Below are positions 12,425-24,880 of a stretch of DNA of 64,000 bases, piece by piece. The translations under genes and the position numbers were made by a program. The DNA lies in the NCBI GenBank assembly GCA_043228905.1, contig JBHGNT010000004.1:23498001-23562000 (forward strand), given 5' to 3'. A model generated the notes under the pieces. It had not been told where the DNA came from, did no database searches, and was given only the letters and a program-made list of their open reading frames with translations. The DNA comes from Azolla caroliniana. Its lineage: Eukaryota; Plantae; Polypodiophyta. Within the stretch, counting starts at the first letter, position 1, and each line of letters opens with the position of its first letter.

Positions 12425-15016
12425 ACCCATAAGCAAGAGTTGGTAAGAGCCCATCTTTGTCTTCTTTCTCTCTTTGAAATTCCCAATCAAGAGCACAACC
12501 AAATCAAGATCCAACTACTACAACCCCAAACTTTCCATGAAAAGAAGGTAAAATATGATGTTTGCAAACTAAAGGACAAATCTACTCAAGATAATGATGG
12601 TAGAATATTTCAGCTACGTGTGTGAAAATTTGGCACCATTGCTTCCTCAAATATTTAACAGAGCAATGTGTAGTCCATGCAAGTTGGGTGGATCTACCAT
12701 TGTGATTACATTCAAGTGGAGGCTCAATTGTCCTTATTGACCACTTGGACCATCATGGTTGGGCACACTTTGGCCACAATGTATGAATCCATATTACATA
12801 CATCATTACTTCACTAAATTGGTCAAGGAACAAGATTTGTGAGACAAAGGGCACACTACTATAAATCGTATTTTCAAGTTAAGTACAATCATAGAGAAAG
12901 CACAAAAGTAAAATATATATCGATATTTTCTAAAGTTTCACAAGCATTCAAGAGGATGAGGGATTAGATATAATGGAAGCATGCGAGAATATGCAATGTG
13001 AGTGGACAATACAAGTATGCTCAGTATCCCCCACCATACTTGCCCTCTACATTGTATCAAAGGAGGAAGAGTGATTGTTGCTAGACTAGTGGGAGTGATG
13101 GTACAAATGATGTCGTGCTCATTTCTGAAAAGCACCTAGATGCTCTTCATGTCTTTTCTAAAGATAGAGATCTCATGTTGTTTAAATACAACAACATGGG
13201 CCAAAACTGTTTAGAAATGCTTTAGCTTTGGAGTACTTGTGGAATATCATCATGCGTATATCTACTTTGGGGTTATAGACAATGGGCCATGATTTCCTTG
13301 GATGGATGAATTAGGAGTTTGGTTGGCACATTTCCTTTCAAATTGGAGCATAGGGAAGAAAATGTGATTTCATAGAACCATGAACCAAGCTTTAGCTTTT
13401 TGATAATACTGGTAGGCCTAATCTCAGCTATATGCATGTTTGAAATTTGAGGTGTGACAAAAAACTATCTTTTTGAGACTGTATCATTCACATCGACAAA
13501 AACTACTAGATCAAAACAACCCACATTAAGAATATGACAATGGATTCGACCACCATACAAAATGGCTCTCCAAGTTGATATCATGTGTAATACAAGCCAA
13601 ACCATCAGGTTCCCATAAGATCATTGACGCAAAGTTACGGGCAACATAAATGGTAGTTGAAACTCTATTTCAAGCCAAGATTAGAGCCAAGAAAAACTTG
13701 TTGTAGCTTCAATGGTAATAAATCAAGTTGCAACAAGGCTTATTTTGTGTCCAATGAGACGGTGTGAGAGAGGTTATACCATATGTGTATATGTATATGG
13801 CATCCTTGAGAAGAGTCTTGTATTTATACGTGAGTTCTAGAGAGAGGTTGTGTTTTTGTGTGTGAGAGGCATCTTGAAGAGGAGCTTCTTGTATATATAT
13901 GTATATAAGACAAAACATGATTACAATTATATGCAAATTCATGTTATCCATGCTAGGAACAAAAATAAAAGCTAATGGTTTCCAAAAGATCCATTATAAT
14001 GAACTTAAAGGCATGCTACGGAATGATTTTGGAGATTGTTTACAAACATGAATTACATAACAATATGTATGGGTTCCATAATGGTGTGAGGGGACATGGT
14101 ATCTGAGGTTGGTTTGTGTGGTGGAGTGGGGGCTATGATGAAATTCACAAAGTGCATGTGGGTATTGTCGGGGAATATTGACGATCTTTATTGTCAACAT
14201 TTTTCTGGTGCTCTCTATGGTGATTCGTCAACATGTTTCCAATCGAGACATTGGCCTAAGGAATAAGTTAGTAATGTGTGATTATTTTGTATCCCACGTG
14301 TTTATGTAGAGGTTGGTTCAAAATCCTTTTGAAGCTCGAGAAAGCTTTTGTGAAAGTTTCATGGGTCGGACAATTGCTTTCCAAGCCCTATGGGGCATGT
14401 AGATGTCCATGTACCTCGATCTCTCTACTCATGAATCCATAATGTGAGAAGTTCATGAAATGATCTTTACAAGAGGCCCACCCTTGTTGGACAAGGCTCC
14501 CTTTGGTGTGATCCAAGTCTTTTGGTGTTGGGTTTTAGAGTAGCCATAGAGTCTTTCATATGGAGGGACCTGTTTCGGGTTTCAACTACATCGTCGCCAA
14601 CAGCAACCAACCAAACCATGGGCATTGGGCCGCAACTATACTTCTCTCTCGTGGCACATTTGTGCTGGTTCATTCCCCATACGACGAGCTTCCGGCTCGA
14701 GGCGGAAGGAACGGCACGTATATACGTATCATTAGCTTTTGTATTGGAGAGGCAGGTGCGAATGATGGATGGACATCTTTTTAATGTCCATGGGAGCCCA
14801 ATAGCGATCAATGAGACGGGAGTGTGACCGGACATTGGGGGCGGGGTTCGGTCGGGACGGGTCAGGTGGAGAGGGCCAAAGGGGCCATAAAAGGGCCTAA
14901 CTAGCAACTGACTATGTAGGTCATGATGGATGGATGCATGCAATGGTGTCTTGGACGGGCCATCCCATCCATATGGCCATGATGGATGCCCATTTCAACA
15001 AGACTCCTATGAATGG

Positions 15017-15192
15017 CCATAGCCATAGCTAGCCATAGCCATAGCCATAGCCATAGCCATGGCACATAGCTAAGCTATCTGTAGCTCCTCCTCCTCCTAT
15101 CTTTACTGATTCCATCGCCATCACCATCTCTGTCCTTCCTTCACCATCACCATCACCATCACCATCACCATCACCATCATCATCTTCTTCTT
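15017..15192 (+). repeat. Microsatellite cluster upstream of FPP: (AGCCAT)n, (CTC)n, (CACCAT)n, (CTT)n
   Basis: Direct reading: gccatagccatagc... at 15017-15060 and caccatcaccat... at 15143-15180. More (CAT)n at ~15430-15455 and (TCATCT)n at ~16120-16180 in intron 1. Confidence 0.9.
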
Positions 15193-15523
15193 CTGACAGC
15201 ATATGATTCGATCATTCTGTCTCGTAAGGAACCATAGCTCTCTCTGTATCAATCCATCCAACGTACCCATTCTAGAAGACAGCCATTGCTTCTTCTTCTT
15301 TCTTTCTTTCTTTCCTTTTCCTGACACCTGAAGTTAATCATGGCTCGAGCCTTACCACAATAATCATTCATTTTGCAGTCTTACTGCCAGATTATATATT
15401 CCTCTGTAATCATTGTCCATGGTGGTGCACCATCATCATCATCATCATCATCATCGCCATTCTCTGTTCTTCGCCATCATCGTATAATAAACGACTACAT
15501 ATACTCTGCTGATACCATTCAAG

Positions 15524-18500
15524 ATGGATACTCGCCGAAGCTCATGGCCATGGCGGAAGAAGACAATCAGTACTTCTTCTTCTTCTTCTCAGAGGAAAAT
15601 ATCGCAGTACCTCTTCACGCACAATGCATCTTTTGATTCGAACTTTTCTGATAATGGTGGCTCAGACAGATCATATTCTGTACACAACAAACACGAGGTA
15701 ATTCTGTCTGCTTTTTTAGTGTCTGGTTTTTTTTTTTTTTCCTTTTTGTTTTTTTACTAGGATAATAACATCTTCTTCATTCAATACATCTGACCTGCTT
15801 TCTTCTTGCTTCCGCCATCGCCAGCTGCTAGCTATATAACTTGAAGCTTTTTTTTATTTGTACTCGAAATTTCACTGTGAACAGAACCAACCTTTTTTTT
15901 TCACCATTAAAGATCTATCTGTCTAGCGATTCTCCTTCACTCGTTACTACATAAGTATGGTGGATCTGTTGTACCTTTATGACCTTGATTTACATTCCAT
16001 CCTTTCCATCATCTCCTTTCTGTTTATAACCATTTTAAGGTTTAACGCAGGGCTTATCTCTGCTAAGAATAACTTATTTTCTACAGTGATCATCTTCAAC
16101 TTTCTTCTTCATCTCCATCTTTCATCTTCATCTTCATCTTCATTTCCATCTTCATCTTCATTTCCATCTTCATCTTCTTCGTTCTCATTTTCTTTTGTCT
16201 TCCTCTTCATCTCCATCTTCGTCTCCATTTTCTGAATTAAATTCTTGTTTATCCTCCGGATTACTGCCTTATAAAGCACCAATTTCTTATCTATTCCATG
16301 TGTGTATAACTGTAATTTTGCAGCAAGAAACCCCCGATCAAAGTGCACTGAAGATTGCTCTGCAAGCTATTTCTGTGAAAGATCAGCAAATAGACGAGGA
16401 TAAAGTAAGGAATCTGACAGAGAAGCTCAATATTACTCTAGCAGAGTTGAAGATCAAACAGGAGACTTTTGGGCAACACTCAAAGGTAGCAGAAGAAGCT
16501 CTCACAGGTAAACAAAGCAAATATAGCTATGGCGGAAAATATTAAATCTACGGTTAACCGATGTCATAATTAGATTCTTCCATTTATTAATCTAGGGTGG
16601 GAAAGATCCGAAGCAGAGATAGCTTCGTTGAACCTAGAACTAGAAGGATTAGTAAAGCAGAAAGCTATGGCGGAGGCGAGAGTTTCTCAATTAGATGATG
16701 CATTAAAGGAATGTATGAAGCAAGTTCGTCAAGTAAGAGAAGAACAACAACAGAAGATTTCGGAGGCCATAGACCACAAAACGCAAGAATGGAGAAAGAT
16801 CAAAGCAGAACTTGAAGCTCGAGAGTCGGAAATGGCACAGCGATTAATGGAATCGAACGCTCAGAACAGCGTGATGAACAAGTCTCTCCAAGAACGAGGT
16901 AAAGCTATGGTGGAACTTCGAGAAGCTAAAGCCAAAGCGGAGACAGAAGTCAAGCTTCTGCAAGTGAAGGTAGAATCGATGGAGAAAGCGATTTCTGCTT
17001 CTAAGTATGAACTCCATGTGTTGAAGAAGGAGCTTCATCTCTGCGTTGAAGAGAGAGAGGCGAATCAGAAAGCCATGGAAGCTTCTCAGAGGCAACATGT
17101 TGAAGATGCGAGGAAGATGGCTCGCCTTGAATCGGACTGTACTAGGCTTCGAGCTCTAGTAAAGAAGAAGATTAATTCTGCTGCAGGATTATGTAATCAT
17201 AATTCACCTGCATCTGTTGGACAGATCATGAAAGCGGAGGCTGCAGATATATTCTATTATGGTGGGTCTTCTGCTTCTTCTTCTTCTTCAAGAAAAACTG
17301 GAGCTTTCGATCATAACAGTACTAGGCCATGGAGGAGAAGGTCCTATGTATCTGATCAAGGTATAACAAATCTTCACCATCTTCAAGGAGAAACTGTTAT
17401 TGGAACTGTCAAGGATAGTAATAGTAATAGTGATATAATGGCAATGTCTGAGAGATTAATGGCGATGGAAGAAGAAACAAGAAAGCTTCAAGAGACGCTG
17501 GCCAAGAGAAACGCTGAGCTTGAGTCTGCGAGGCAGAATATGCCTACAAGTGTAGGATCAATGATTAATGGAAACGTTGAGGAGCAGTCTGTACTGACTA
17601 CCAATAATGATCATCTTCCAGGAACAATGGAAATCTCTACACCTACATTACCTATGATTCCTTCTAAACAAGGCGGAAGCTCTGATCAGGACCGTGTTCT
17701 GTCTCAATGCGCTGAAACAATCAGCATTTCTTCTGAGAAATTGCATGATGATGATGAGCTGAGCTGTGCCGAGTCTTCTGGGGCCAACAGTGATGGTGCT
17801 CAAAATTCTCTACCTTCAATGCAATTTAGAAGTGCAGAAGATCCGCAGAGTCAGAAGGAATTAGTATTGGCCATGCAGATACAGATCAGTGAAGATGGAG
17901 CTAAAGATACATGTCATGATACCGATAATATGTTCGATGTTGATCATCACATCATCATGGAAAGAAAGCACAGACTGACTGACCAGGATCGTAGAGCATT
18001 ACAGACTAATCTAGCAGAAATCAGACTAGAAACGAAGCTGCAATCGGCCAATCTTCTGTGTAAGGATGCTCTCTCGAAGATCGCTAGTTTAGATTGCAAA
18101 GACAAAGCTCATGAATTAGTAGACCCTGATGCGCCTGAGAGAATCAGTGGCTCTCGTGATATTGTGATCGAAGCTTATGGAATGATGGTGAAATTGGATG
18201 CAATCCTTGACGAGCTACGCATAGCTGTGGCATCTTGCAGTGGAGATAATAGCGACGAAGAAGATGATCACACTGCTGTAAAATATAGCTTAAACCCTAG
18301 TTTAATTGAACCTGACCATGGCGATGGCGATCGTAACATTATCAGATTAAACCATAGTGAGGAGGTACAGTTATCGGATAAATTAAGAGAAGCTAAAGAT
18401 GAGATGGAGAAGGAAATCGCCAATGTGAAAGCACAGCTCACTCTCAGGAAGGAGGAATTAGCAGAAGCAAAGAGAGTTATCATGGAATTCGAAGCCCAGT

Positions 18501-20115
18501 TATTAGAAGTGAAGAGCAGAAGTACAGAGGAGAAATTAGCTCAACGTCAGGAGGATGAAAAATCCCTGAGACAAGTGGAGGTGGAATTGGATCGATGGAA
18601 GAGAGTAGCTTCTGAGGAGAAAACCAGGAGAACAGAGGCAGAAGAAGGGTTGAGGAAAGCAGAGGTTGAGGTAAGTAAGCTTCAGAAAGCCATAGCCACT
18701 CTGACAGTGGACCTCACAGAACGGAGGAAAGAATATCAGGAAGGCTGCGAGGCTCTGAGTCAAAAGCTGCAAGGGTAATTGTACTAATTACTGTGCTAAT
18801 TACACTATTTGATTTGTTCATTTTAACCACTTAATTATGCTGAGGTGCATCAATTTTGCATAGATTTTTGCAAGATCGTGGGGTTGAAGATCGCAACTCT
18901 TGCCGATACGAATCGATCGAGCATCAGAGAGTGAGAAAGGTGATTTAAATTTCTGATTAATTACTGCTATATGAGGCAGGCTAAGTAGTAATTAGCCATG
19001 TACCATTATTATTGTGGAGTTAATTTGTTTTTTGTGAAATCAATGGACTGAAGTTTAGTTTAAATATTTCCGGCAAATGTAATTTCAAATTCATTGATCC
19101 TTGATCTATGTCGACCAGTAATACTCTTTAGTAATCAATAGATTGCGGGAGAATGTTATAATTTCAATTGATTGGCCAACTGAATGATTATAAATTTGAT
19201 GGTGGATTAAACTCATTTGGAGCAATTCATCGATGCAATGATTTCATTTGGGCAAAAATATTTGAGAAGATCTGACAGAATTGTGTTTATAATTTCGTCC
19301 AATAATTGATTAATTATATACTGTGGCAGGATCGAGAGGTAGTGGCGGCAAAGGGGAAGTTAGCGGAATGCCAACGAACAATCTTGATGCTGGAGAAGCA
19401 ACTCACATCATTAGGAAATAATAACAGCACCAAAAGTAACCTGATTAAGGAATCAAATGTAGCCAGTAATAATACACAAGAGGGCAGCATTATCAACAAG
19501 ATTAGCTCAAATAATGGCAATCATATGGTCCATAATAACCCCCATGTAATTAACAATAACCATCAATGGCTACATAGACACCCACAATTAGTCGCCGATC
19601 AACCAGATAATCATAATAATAATTACAATAGTATTAATCCTCACTTAATCAATCATCAAAAACCTCTTCGTGTTCACTCTGATCACATTGGCTACCGTGG
19701 AATGATTAATGATAATAAAAATAAAAATAATAATCAATACTCTGTTGCCGACTATCTCCTCATGGACGAAGATCACCAATTAATCGAACATACTGCACCA
19801 CCATTAATGCTTGACTATCATCAGATGAATAATAGTAATAATATGAGATCTAATTCAACAGTTCATGAGCGTATTACTTATCACAACATCAATCAAGTAA
19901 ATTCGACTAATTATACCCATTCTCATAATCATGATCAGCGGAGCTCGAGTCTGCAACTTCGAATGATTAATGCTGACCCCAACCCTAACCCCAAAACTAA
20001 TTCTAAACCTAACCCTAATAACTTACAGAGATCATCCATAGCCAGCTATCACACAACAGAGTGTAATCCTGGATTTGGAAGCAGATTCTTCAGCAGATCC
20101 AACACTAGAAAGTGA
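15524..20115 (+). CDS. FPP: Filament-like plant protein (FPP/VETH, DUF869 coiled-coil), 5 exons, ~1132 aa
   Basis: Exons 15524-15697, 16324-16507, 16596-18774, 18864-18939 and 19330-20115 all have GT-AG junctions and consistent phases (3399 nt). Family motifs: MDTRRSSWPWRKK, QHSKVAEEALTGWERSEAE, LDDALKECMKQVRQVREEQ, KMARLESDCTRLRALVKK, AAKGKLAECQRTI. Confidence 0.9.
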
Positions 20116-20613
20116 TTACTATGAAGCTTGCAGGTCTCAGCTAATTAACCTAATTAGGCAGGGTTTCGTGAGCTAATAATCCATCATTTAGTTGTATGAA
20201 TACGTGATGTGCTGTCTTTCTTCTAATTAATCTCCATGTACCATACACAGCTAGCTCAAATTTACAGAATGAGCTGTACTCCTGACAAATTGAAGCTACA
20301 CTGTTTCTGTTTTTCTGTTCTCTGTTTCAGTGTTGAAGATGCTCTCTCAAAATGTACGAAAATTCAGCTTTCCCCACTTGAATGAAACAAAGTTCTGCAA
20401 ACTTTTTGGGGGTTTTGTTTGCTTTCTGCCTTGTATGTATTTGTTTTCATGGGCCAATTAAATATCACTAACTAACTTTTGTTGGTAGGTACACTAAACA
20501 TTGCTTTTCTGCTCTATGAGCTTTGGTGTAAAGGATAAGGAATTTTTATTTCTATCTAGAGATTTATAACGAAATTTTAATTCTATCTAGAGTTTTATAT
20601 ATGTATCTGAGAC

Positions 20614-20890
20614 ATGCCTCCATATTTGGTTGTGATTTCCATGAGGTTAGAGACTTAACAAACCTTTATGCTGACTGATTACATCAATTTGAGCCTTGTC
20701 AGTAAACTTTGTAGGCTCATTTGGCGGAAGTGCCCTTGTTATGCAGTATAGTTTTTTCTCTTTAATGCTATGCCTCCACACTTGTGATTGGCATGAGGTT
20801 AGGGACTTCATTCACAGCCTTATGCTGATTATATAAAATTGAGTGTTGTCATTTAAAAAATGCTGCATCATTTGGCGAATTTCCCTTGTT
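20614..20890 (+). repeat. Diverged two-copy tandem duplication (period ~156 bp)
   Basis: atgcctcca...ttgtgatt...catgaggttag.gactt...ccttatgctga...catttggcg...cccttgtta occurs at 20614 and again at 20770. Confidence 0.75.
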
Positions 20891-21977
20891 AGTGGTTGTG
20901 ACATTCCTAATAGACTTATTTTTGTATATGAGTAACAAATTCCCTAGCCTTGGTACCTTCCAACTTGCATCTAGCTTCAGTCTCCTGCTCCTGGTTTATA
21001 TGTGTGGTAAGTTGGTAACACATAGCAGATGCGTAAGTGGCTAGCCCAAAACCTTTCCATTCTTGTGAACTATACTCTTCAAAGTTCTTTTCATAATAAG
21101 CCCACGTTTTCCTCCTTCAATGATCTTATTTCACATCAACTCACTTTAGCATGTGGGAAATAGGTTTGAAGGTGCCAATCACTTTCCCCACTTGAAAAAG
21201 TTTCATGGTATGGCATCACATTCCTTGACAATGGATGAAAATTTTAATCAGAACATTGTCAAAAGGCCTAATGTAATGCATCAACAAATTAAAAGACTAT
21301 ATTGGTCAGCTCCACCAACCTAGTGCATGTAAGCTAGTTTGGGAATAGAACAAAATCAAACTCACTCTTCGCCAAGAAAGGTCTAGAATTGAGCAATGCA
21401 TAATGGAAACCATTGTCTTTTGAGGACTTACCAATCAAATGATACATTATAATGACATCTTTAAGGGAAGAGACACATGATGGCACTTTTGAAGGCAACA
21501 TGGGAACCATGCAAGGATTAACACAAGTTTGGGATCCTGATTATGCTTCTGATTGCCTAAATATTGGCATTTCCACCCCATTTTTATGGATTCGTTTGAC
21601 ATCCCAGAAGGCTCTTGGGGTATATATATGCTTTTTATAAAACAGCAACATATTGAAGTATTAAGCTCCTTCAAATACTTGGGAACTGAGATCATGACAT
21701 AGCATTAAGTTGTGGCACTATATGGATTGGTATATGGATTTACAGCTTTGAGAATGGTGTGTATATAGTTCCTTTTTTTAAGCATCAGGAGAGTAGAGAT
21801 TTCAGATAGAAATGTATCACCCTCCACATTGAATGAGAGTGAGCGAATGAACTCCTTTTAGTGCTATGGCATTAGCCAATGCCATGTTGAGAGTAGTATG
21901 CATGGGATGTATTGGCATCACATCAAACATGCTTTGAATCATTTTGCAACAGCAGGTTGATATGGATGGATTTGCAA

Positions 21978-24548
21978 CTAACCTACACATGCCTCCTCCT
22001 CGAAGTAGATTTGAAACTCGACACTGTCAGCATTTGTTAATATATCCCCAACATAACTATCTTCAGGATCTACGCCAACATGTCCTTGCATCGTCATCAT
22101 CACAGTCACAGCATCTTGTACCTTCCCCACTGCAGCATAAATACTAGAAAGAACCACATATGGGGAAGGGTTACCAGGATCTATCAGAAACACCTTCTCA
22201 GCAATGCGTTGTCCACGCACATAATCAAGAATGTTCCTACAAGCTCCCAACAAAGCCATCAATGAACTAGCTGTTGGCTTCACTGACATTGCATTCAACA
22301 GCTCCTCCGCTTCATCTAAACGCCCTGCTCGACTTAGAAGGTCTATCATACAATTATAATGATCGACAATAGGGGTGATACCATACCATTTTTCCATTGA
22401 ATCAAAATGATGGCAAGCCTCATCAAGACGACCCACATGGCTACAAGCTGAGAGGACACTAATGAAAGTGACGCCCGTTGGCCTTATCATCTTCCATTGC
22501 ATGCGGTTGAAAAGCTCAAGTGCATACTCACCTTGGCCATTCTGGGAGAAAGCAGTTATTAAAGAATTCCAAAGAACTACATCCTGTTCCGGCATGCTAT
22601 TGAATATCTTCTTCGCCTCTATCAAACTGCCACATTTCCCATATAAACTTATGAGAGCACTCCCGACAACCTTATCAGGTTGGAATCCCCTATTCTTAAA
22701 GAGTTTGTGTACTCTCTTACCTTCAAATAATAGACCCTGATTCGCACACATGCTTAAAATACTAGAAAATGTCAACCTATCTGGTGTTATTCCCTTTTCT
22801 TGCATCTCTTCGAAAAGCTCAAATGCAACCTTATCTTTTCCATGCTGTGCATAAACACTAATTATGGTATTCCATGTCACTGAGTTCTTTGGTGCCATTT
22901 TCTCGAAAATAGAATGCATGTAATCCAGGTTTCCACACTTTCCATACATGTTGACAAGTGCATTGTCAATCTGGATATCTCCGCTCATGCTAGTGACAAT
23001 AGTAAGAGCATGAAACCTCTTCCCTTGGGTCAGGGAATCCCGGTTAGCGCTTGCTGATAGCACATTAACAAATGTTGCTTTATCAGCAACAAACCCTTCT
23101 TGTTGCATTTGTTCAAAGATTTGGCAGGCACCTTGCAAATGCCCATGCTCGGCACAGGCTCCAATAATAGAATTCCATGACACCAAATTGCAGTCAAACA
23201 TTTTGTAAAATACCTTCAAAGCATCATCCATACAACCGATCTTACCATATAGACTCACAAGCGCATTTCCAACGGCCACATCTAATGCAAAACCACTGCA
23301 AGTTATGCGGGCATGCATTTGCTTTCCTTCTACATATACAAACTCTATGGCACATCCAGAGAGAATACTTGAGAGTATATACTTGTTTGACAACATTCCT
23401 TCTTGGAGCATTTGCTCGAAGAGTTGAATTGCACCACGAACGTGGGCATTCTCGGCATAAGCCGAGATCATAGCACTCCATACAACCTCATCTAGGCATG
23501 TCATTTTACTGAATATCTTTTTTGCATATACTAAGCCCCCACATTTCCCATACATGTTAATGAGGGCTGTTTGAACCATCATATCAGACTCAACATCACT
23601 TCCCATGATCCGACAATGGAATTCTATGCCTTTTCCTAGCACTACTTCACTGCCGCATGCATCAAGGCCATGAATGAAGGTAACCTTGCTTGGAGTAACA
23701 CCTTGTTGTTCCATATGATGGAAGAGTTGAAGAGCATCTAATCCTTGATTGATCTCTAAGCAAGAAGAAATCATCACATTCCATGCAATGGCATCGAGCT
23801 CGGCCATACCATCAAATATCCAGTTTGCATGATCTCTATTACCACACTTGATATACATATTGATTAGGGCTGTATTTGTAGCAACATCTGAGCCAAATGA
23901 AGTGCATTGGAAGCGAGAATGCATCCTTTTTCCTTCTGCTATGTCCACATGACTGCAACATGAACTAAATATGCTAATGAAAATGCGTTTGTTTGGCATA
24001 ACTCCTTCTTGATACATCTGCTCAACTGCTTGTAGAGCTTTGAGACTTGAATTATTGCGAGCAAATGTTCGCAAGATGATAGTGAATACAAATTCATCAC
24101 GGAAAGGCAAATTGTTGAACACGTCATGGGATTTCTCAGGAGATCCGCAATCGCTATACATAAGGATAAGCAAGCTTCCAAGATAAAGATCTTCTTCCAG
24201 ACCATTTCTTACTATGTGGTTATGAACACGCTTACCATCGTGCAAGTTCTCTGTTTTTCTGCAATAACGAAGCAATGAAGTGTACGTAGTGAAGTCAACG
24301 ACAGTGTCAGGATCGTCGAGTCGAGTTAGGATTCTTTTCAAAGAGTGATTATCTTCTGCAGAAAAGGGTCGAGGAAGCTTGGGAGCTCCGAGGGAGAAAT
24401 CTCGTTTGAGTGATCGGGAGCGATCTGCTGTGAGAGAAGCGAGGAAGCGGGAGGAGCTATGGTGTGGCGGTAGCTTTAGGGTTGGGGTGAGGGCAAGGGT
24501 GGAAGAGCGTTGCAGGAGTAGCCTCCCCTGCTCCTTCGTCTTGAGCAT
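21978..24548 (-). CDS. PLS-class pentatricopeptide repeat protein with C-terminal E domains and no DYW; likely organellar RNA-editing factor; ~856 aa from the first usable ATG
   Basis: Intronless ORF with roughly 19 P-L-S motifs (e.g. ALINMYGKCG, NSVTWNTIISVYAQHG, TFISVLSACSHVG). It continues into HYNCMIDLLSRAGRLDEA and the E motifs ALLGACR...YVVLSSIYAAVG. The Ser/Arg/Leu-rich N-terminus looks like a transit peptide. The first in-frame ATG after an upstream stop is at 24548. Confidence 0.88.
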   Translation of the reverse strand: MLKTKEQGRLLLQRSSTLALTPTLKLPPHHSSSRFLASLTADRSRSLKRDFSLGAPKLPRPFSAEDNHSLKRILTRLDDPDTVVDFTTYTSLLRYCRKTENLHDGKRVHNHIVRNGLEEDLYLGSLLILMYSDCGSPEKSHDVFNNLPFRDEFVFTIILRTFARNNSSLKALQAVEQMYQEGVMPNKRIFISIFSSCCSHVDIAEGKRMHSRFQCTSFGSDVATNTALINMYIKCGNRDHANWIFDGMAELDAIAWNVMISSCLEINQGLDALQLFHHMEQQGVTPSKVTFIHGLDACGSEVVLGKGIEFHCRIMGSDVESDMMVQTALINMYGKCGGLVYAKKIFSKMTCLDEVVWSAMISAYAENAHVRGAIQLFEQMLQEGMLSNKYILSSILSGCAIEFVYVEGKQMHARITCSGFALDVAVGNALVSLYGKIGCMDDALKVFYKMFDCNLVSWNSIIGACAEHGHLQGACQIFEQMQQEGFVADKATFVNVLSASANRDSLTQGKRFHALTIVTSMSGDIQIDNALVNMYGKCGNLDYMHSIFEKMAPKNSVTWNTIISVYAQHGKDKVAFELFEEMQEKGITPDRLTFSSILSMCANQGLLFEGKRVHKLFKNRGFQPDKVVGSALISLYGKCGSLIEAKKIFNSMPEQDVVLWNSLITAFSQNGQGEYALELFNRMQWKMIRPTGVTFISVLSACSHVGRLDEACHHFDSMEKWYGITPIVDHYNCMIDLLSRAGRLDEAEELLNAMSVKPTASSLMALLGACRNILDYVRGQRIAEKVFLIDPGNPSPYVVLSSIYAAVGKVQDAVTVMMTMQGHVGVDPEDSYVGDILTNADSVEFQIYFEEEACVG

Positions 24549-24583
24549 AGACAGACAGACGATCACGCCCTACGCCATTTCTG

Positions 24584-24880
24584 GTTTCAGAGCTTCTTTC
24601 TTTCTCTTTATGTAAAAGACTGTTGTATCAGAATCCCCTGTTTTCTTATTTCCCAAAATGCCCCCCCCTCTCCATCAATCATTTGTTTCAGAGTTTCTTC
24701 TTTCTCTTTATGTATTTTGTTACTTTCAAAAGTAAAGACTGTTGTATCAAAATCCCCTGTTTTCTTATTTCCCAAAATGCCCCTCTCCATCAATCAACTA
24801 CACACGCAGTCTTTGTGTTTGTGTTTGTCTCTCTCATGGGATGTGTTCTGTCTAGGGGCATTTTGAGGAAATAAGGAAAA
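24584..24880. repeat. Tandem duplication plus short inverted repeat (MITE-like) immediately upstream of the PPR gene
   Basis: aaagactgttgtatca.aatcccctgttttcttatttcccaaaatgcccc occurs at 24615 and 24734. ttatttcccaaaatgccc (~24765-24783) is a near reverse complement of gggcattttgaggaaataa (~24857-24873). Confidence 0.75.

Noticed and set aside
5200-14200. Many 60-90 aa ORFs as genes
   Set aside because: No recognisable domains or splice-consistent models. The region looks like decayed TE and intergenic DNA that I cannot classify further.
19975-20020. Telomere-like aaccctaacccc...aaacctaaccctaa
   Set aside because: It lies within the FPP exon and encodes PNPNPKTNSKPNPN. Too short and irregular for an interstitial telomere.
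21300-21700. Possible RTE-LINE remnant (IEVLSSFKYLG)
   Set aside because: Only one short motif among stop-ridden frames, which is not enough to call.
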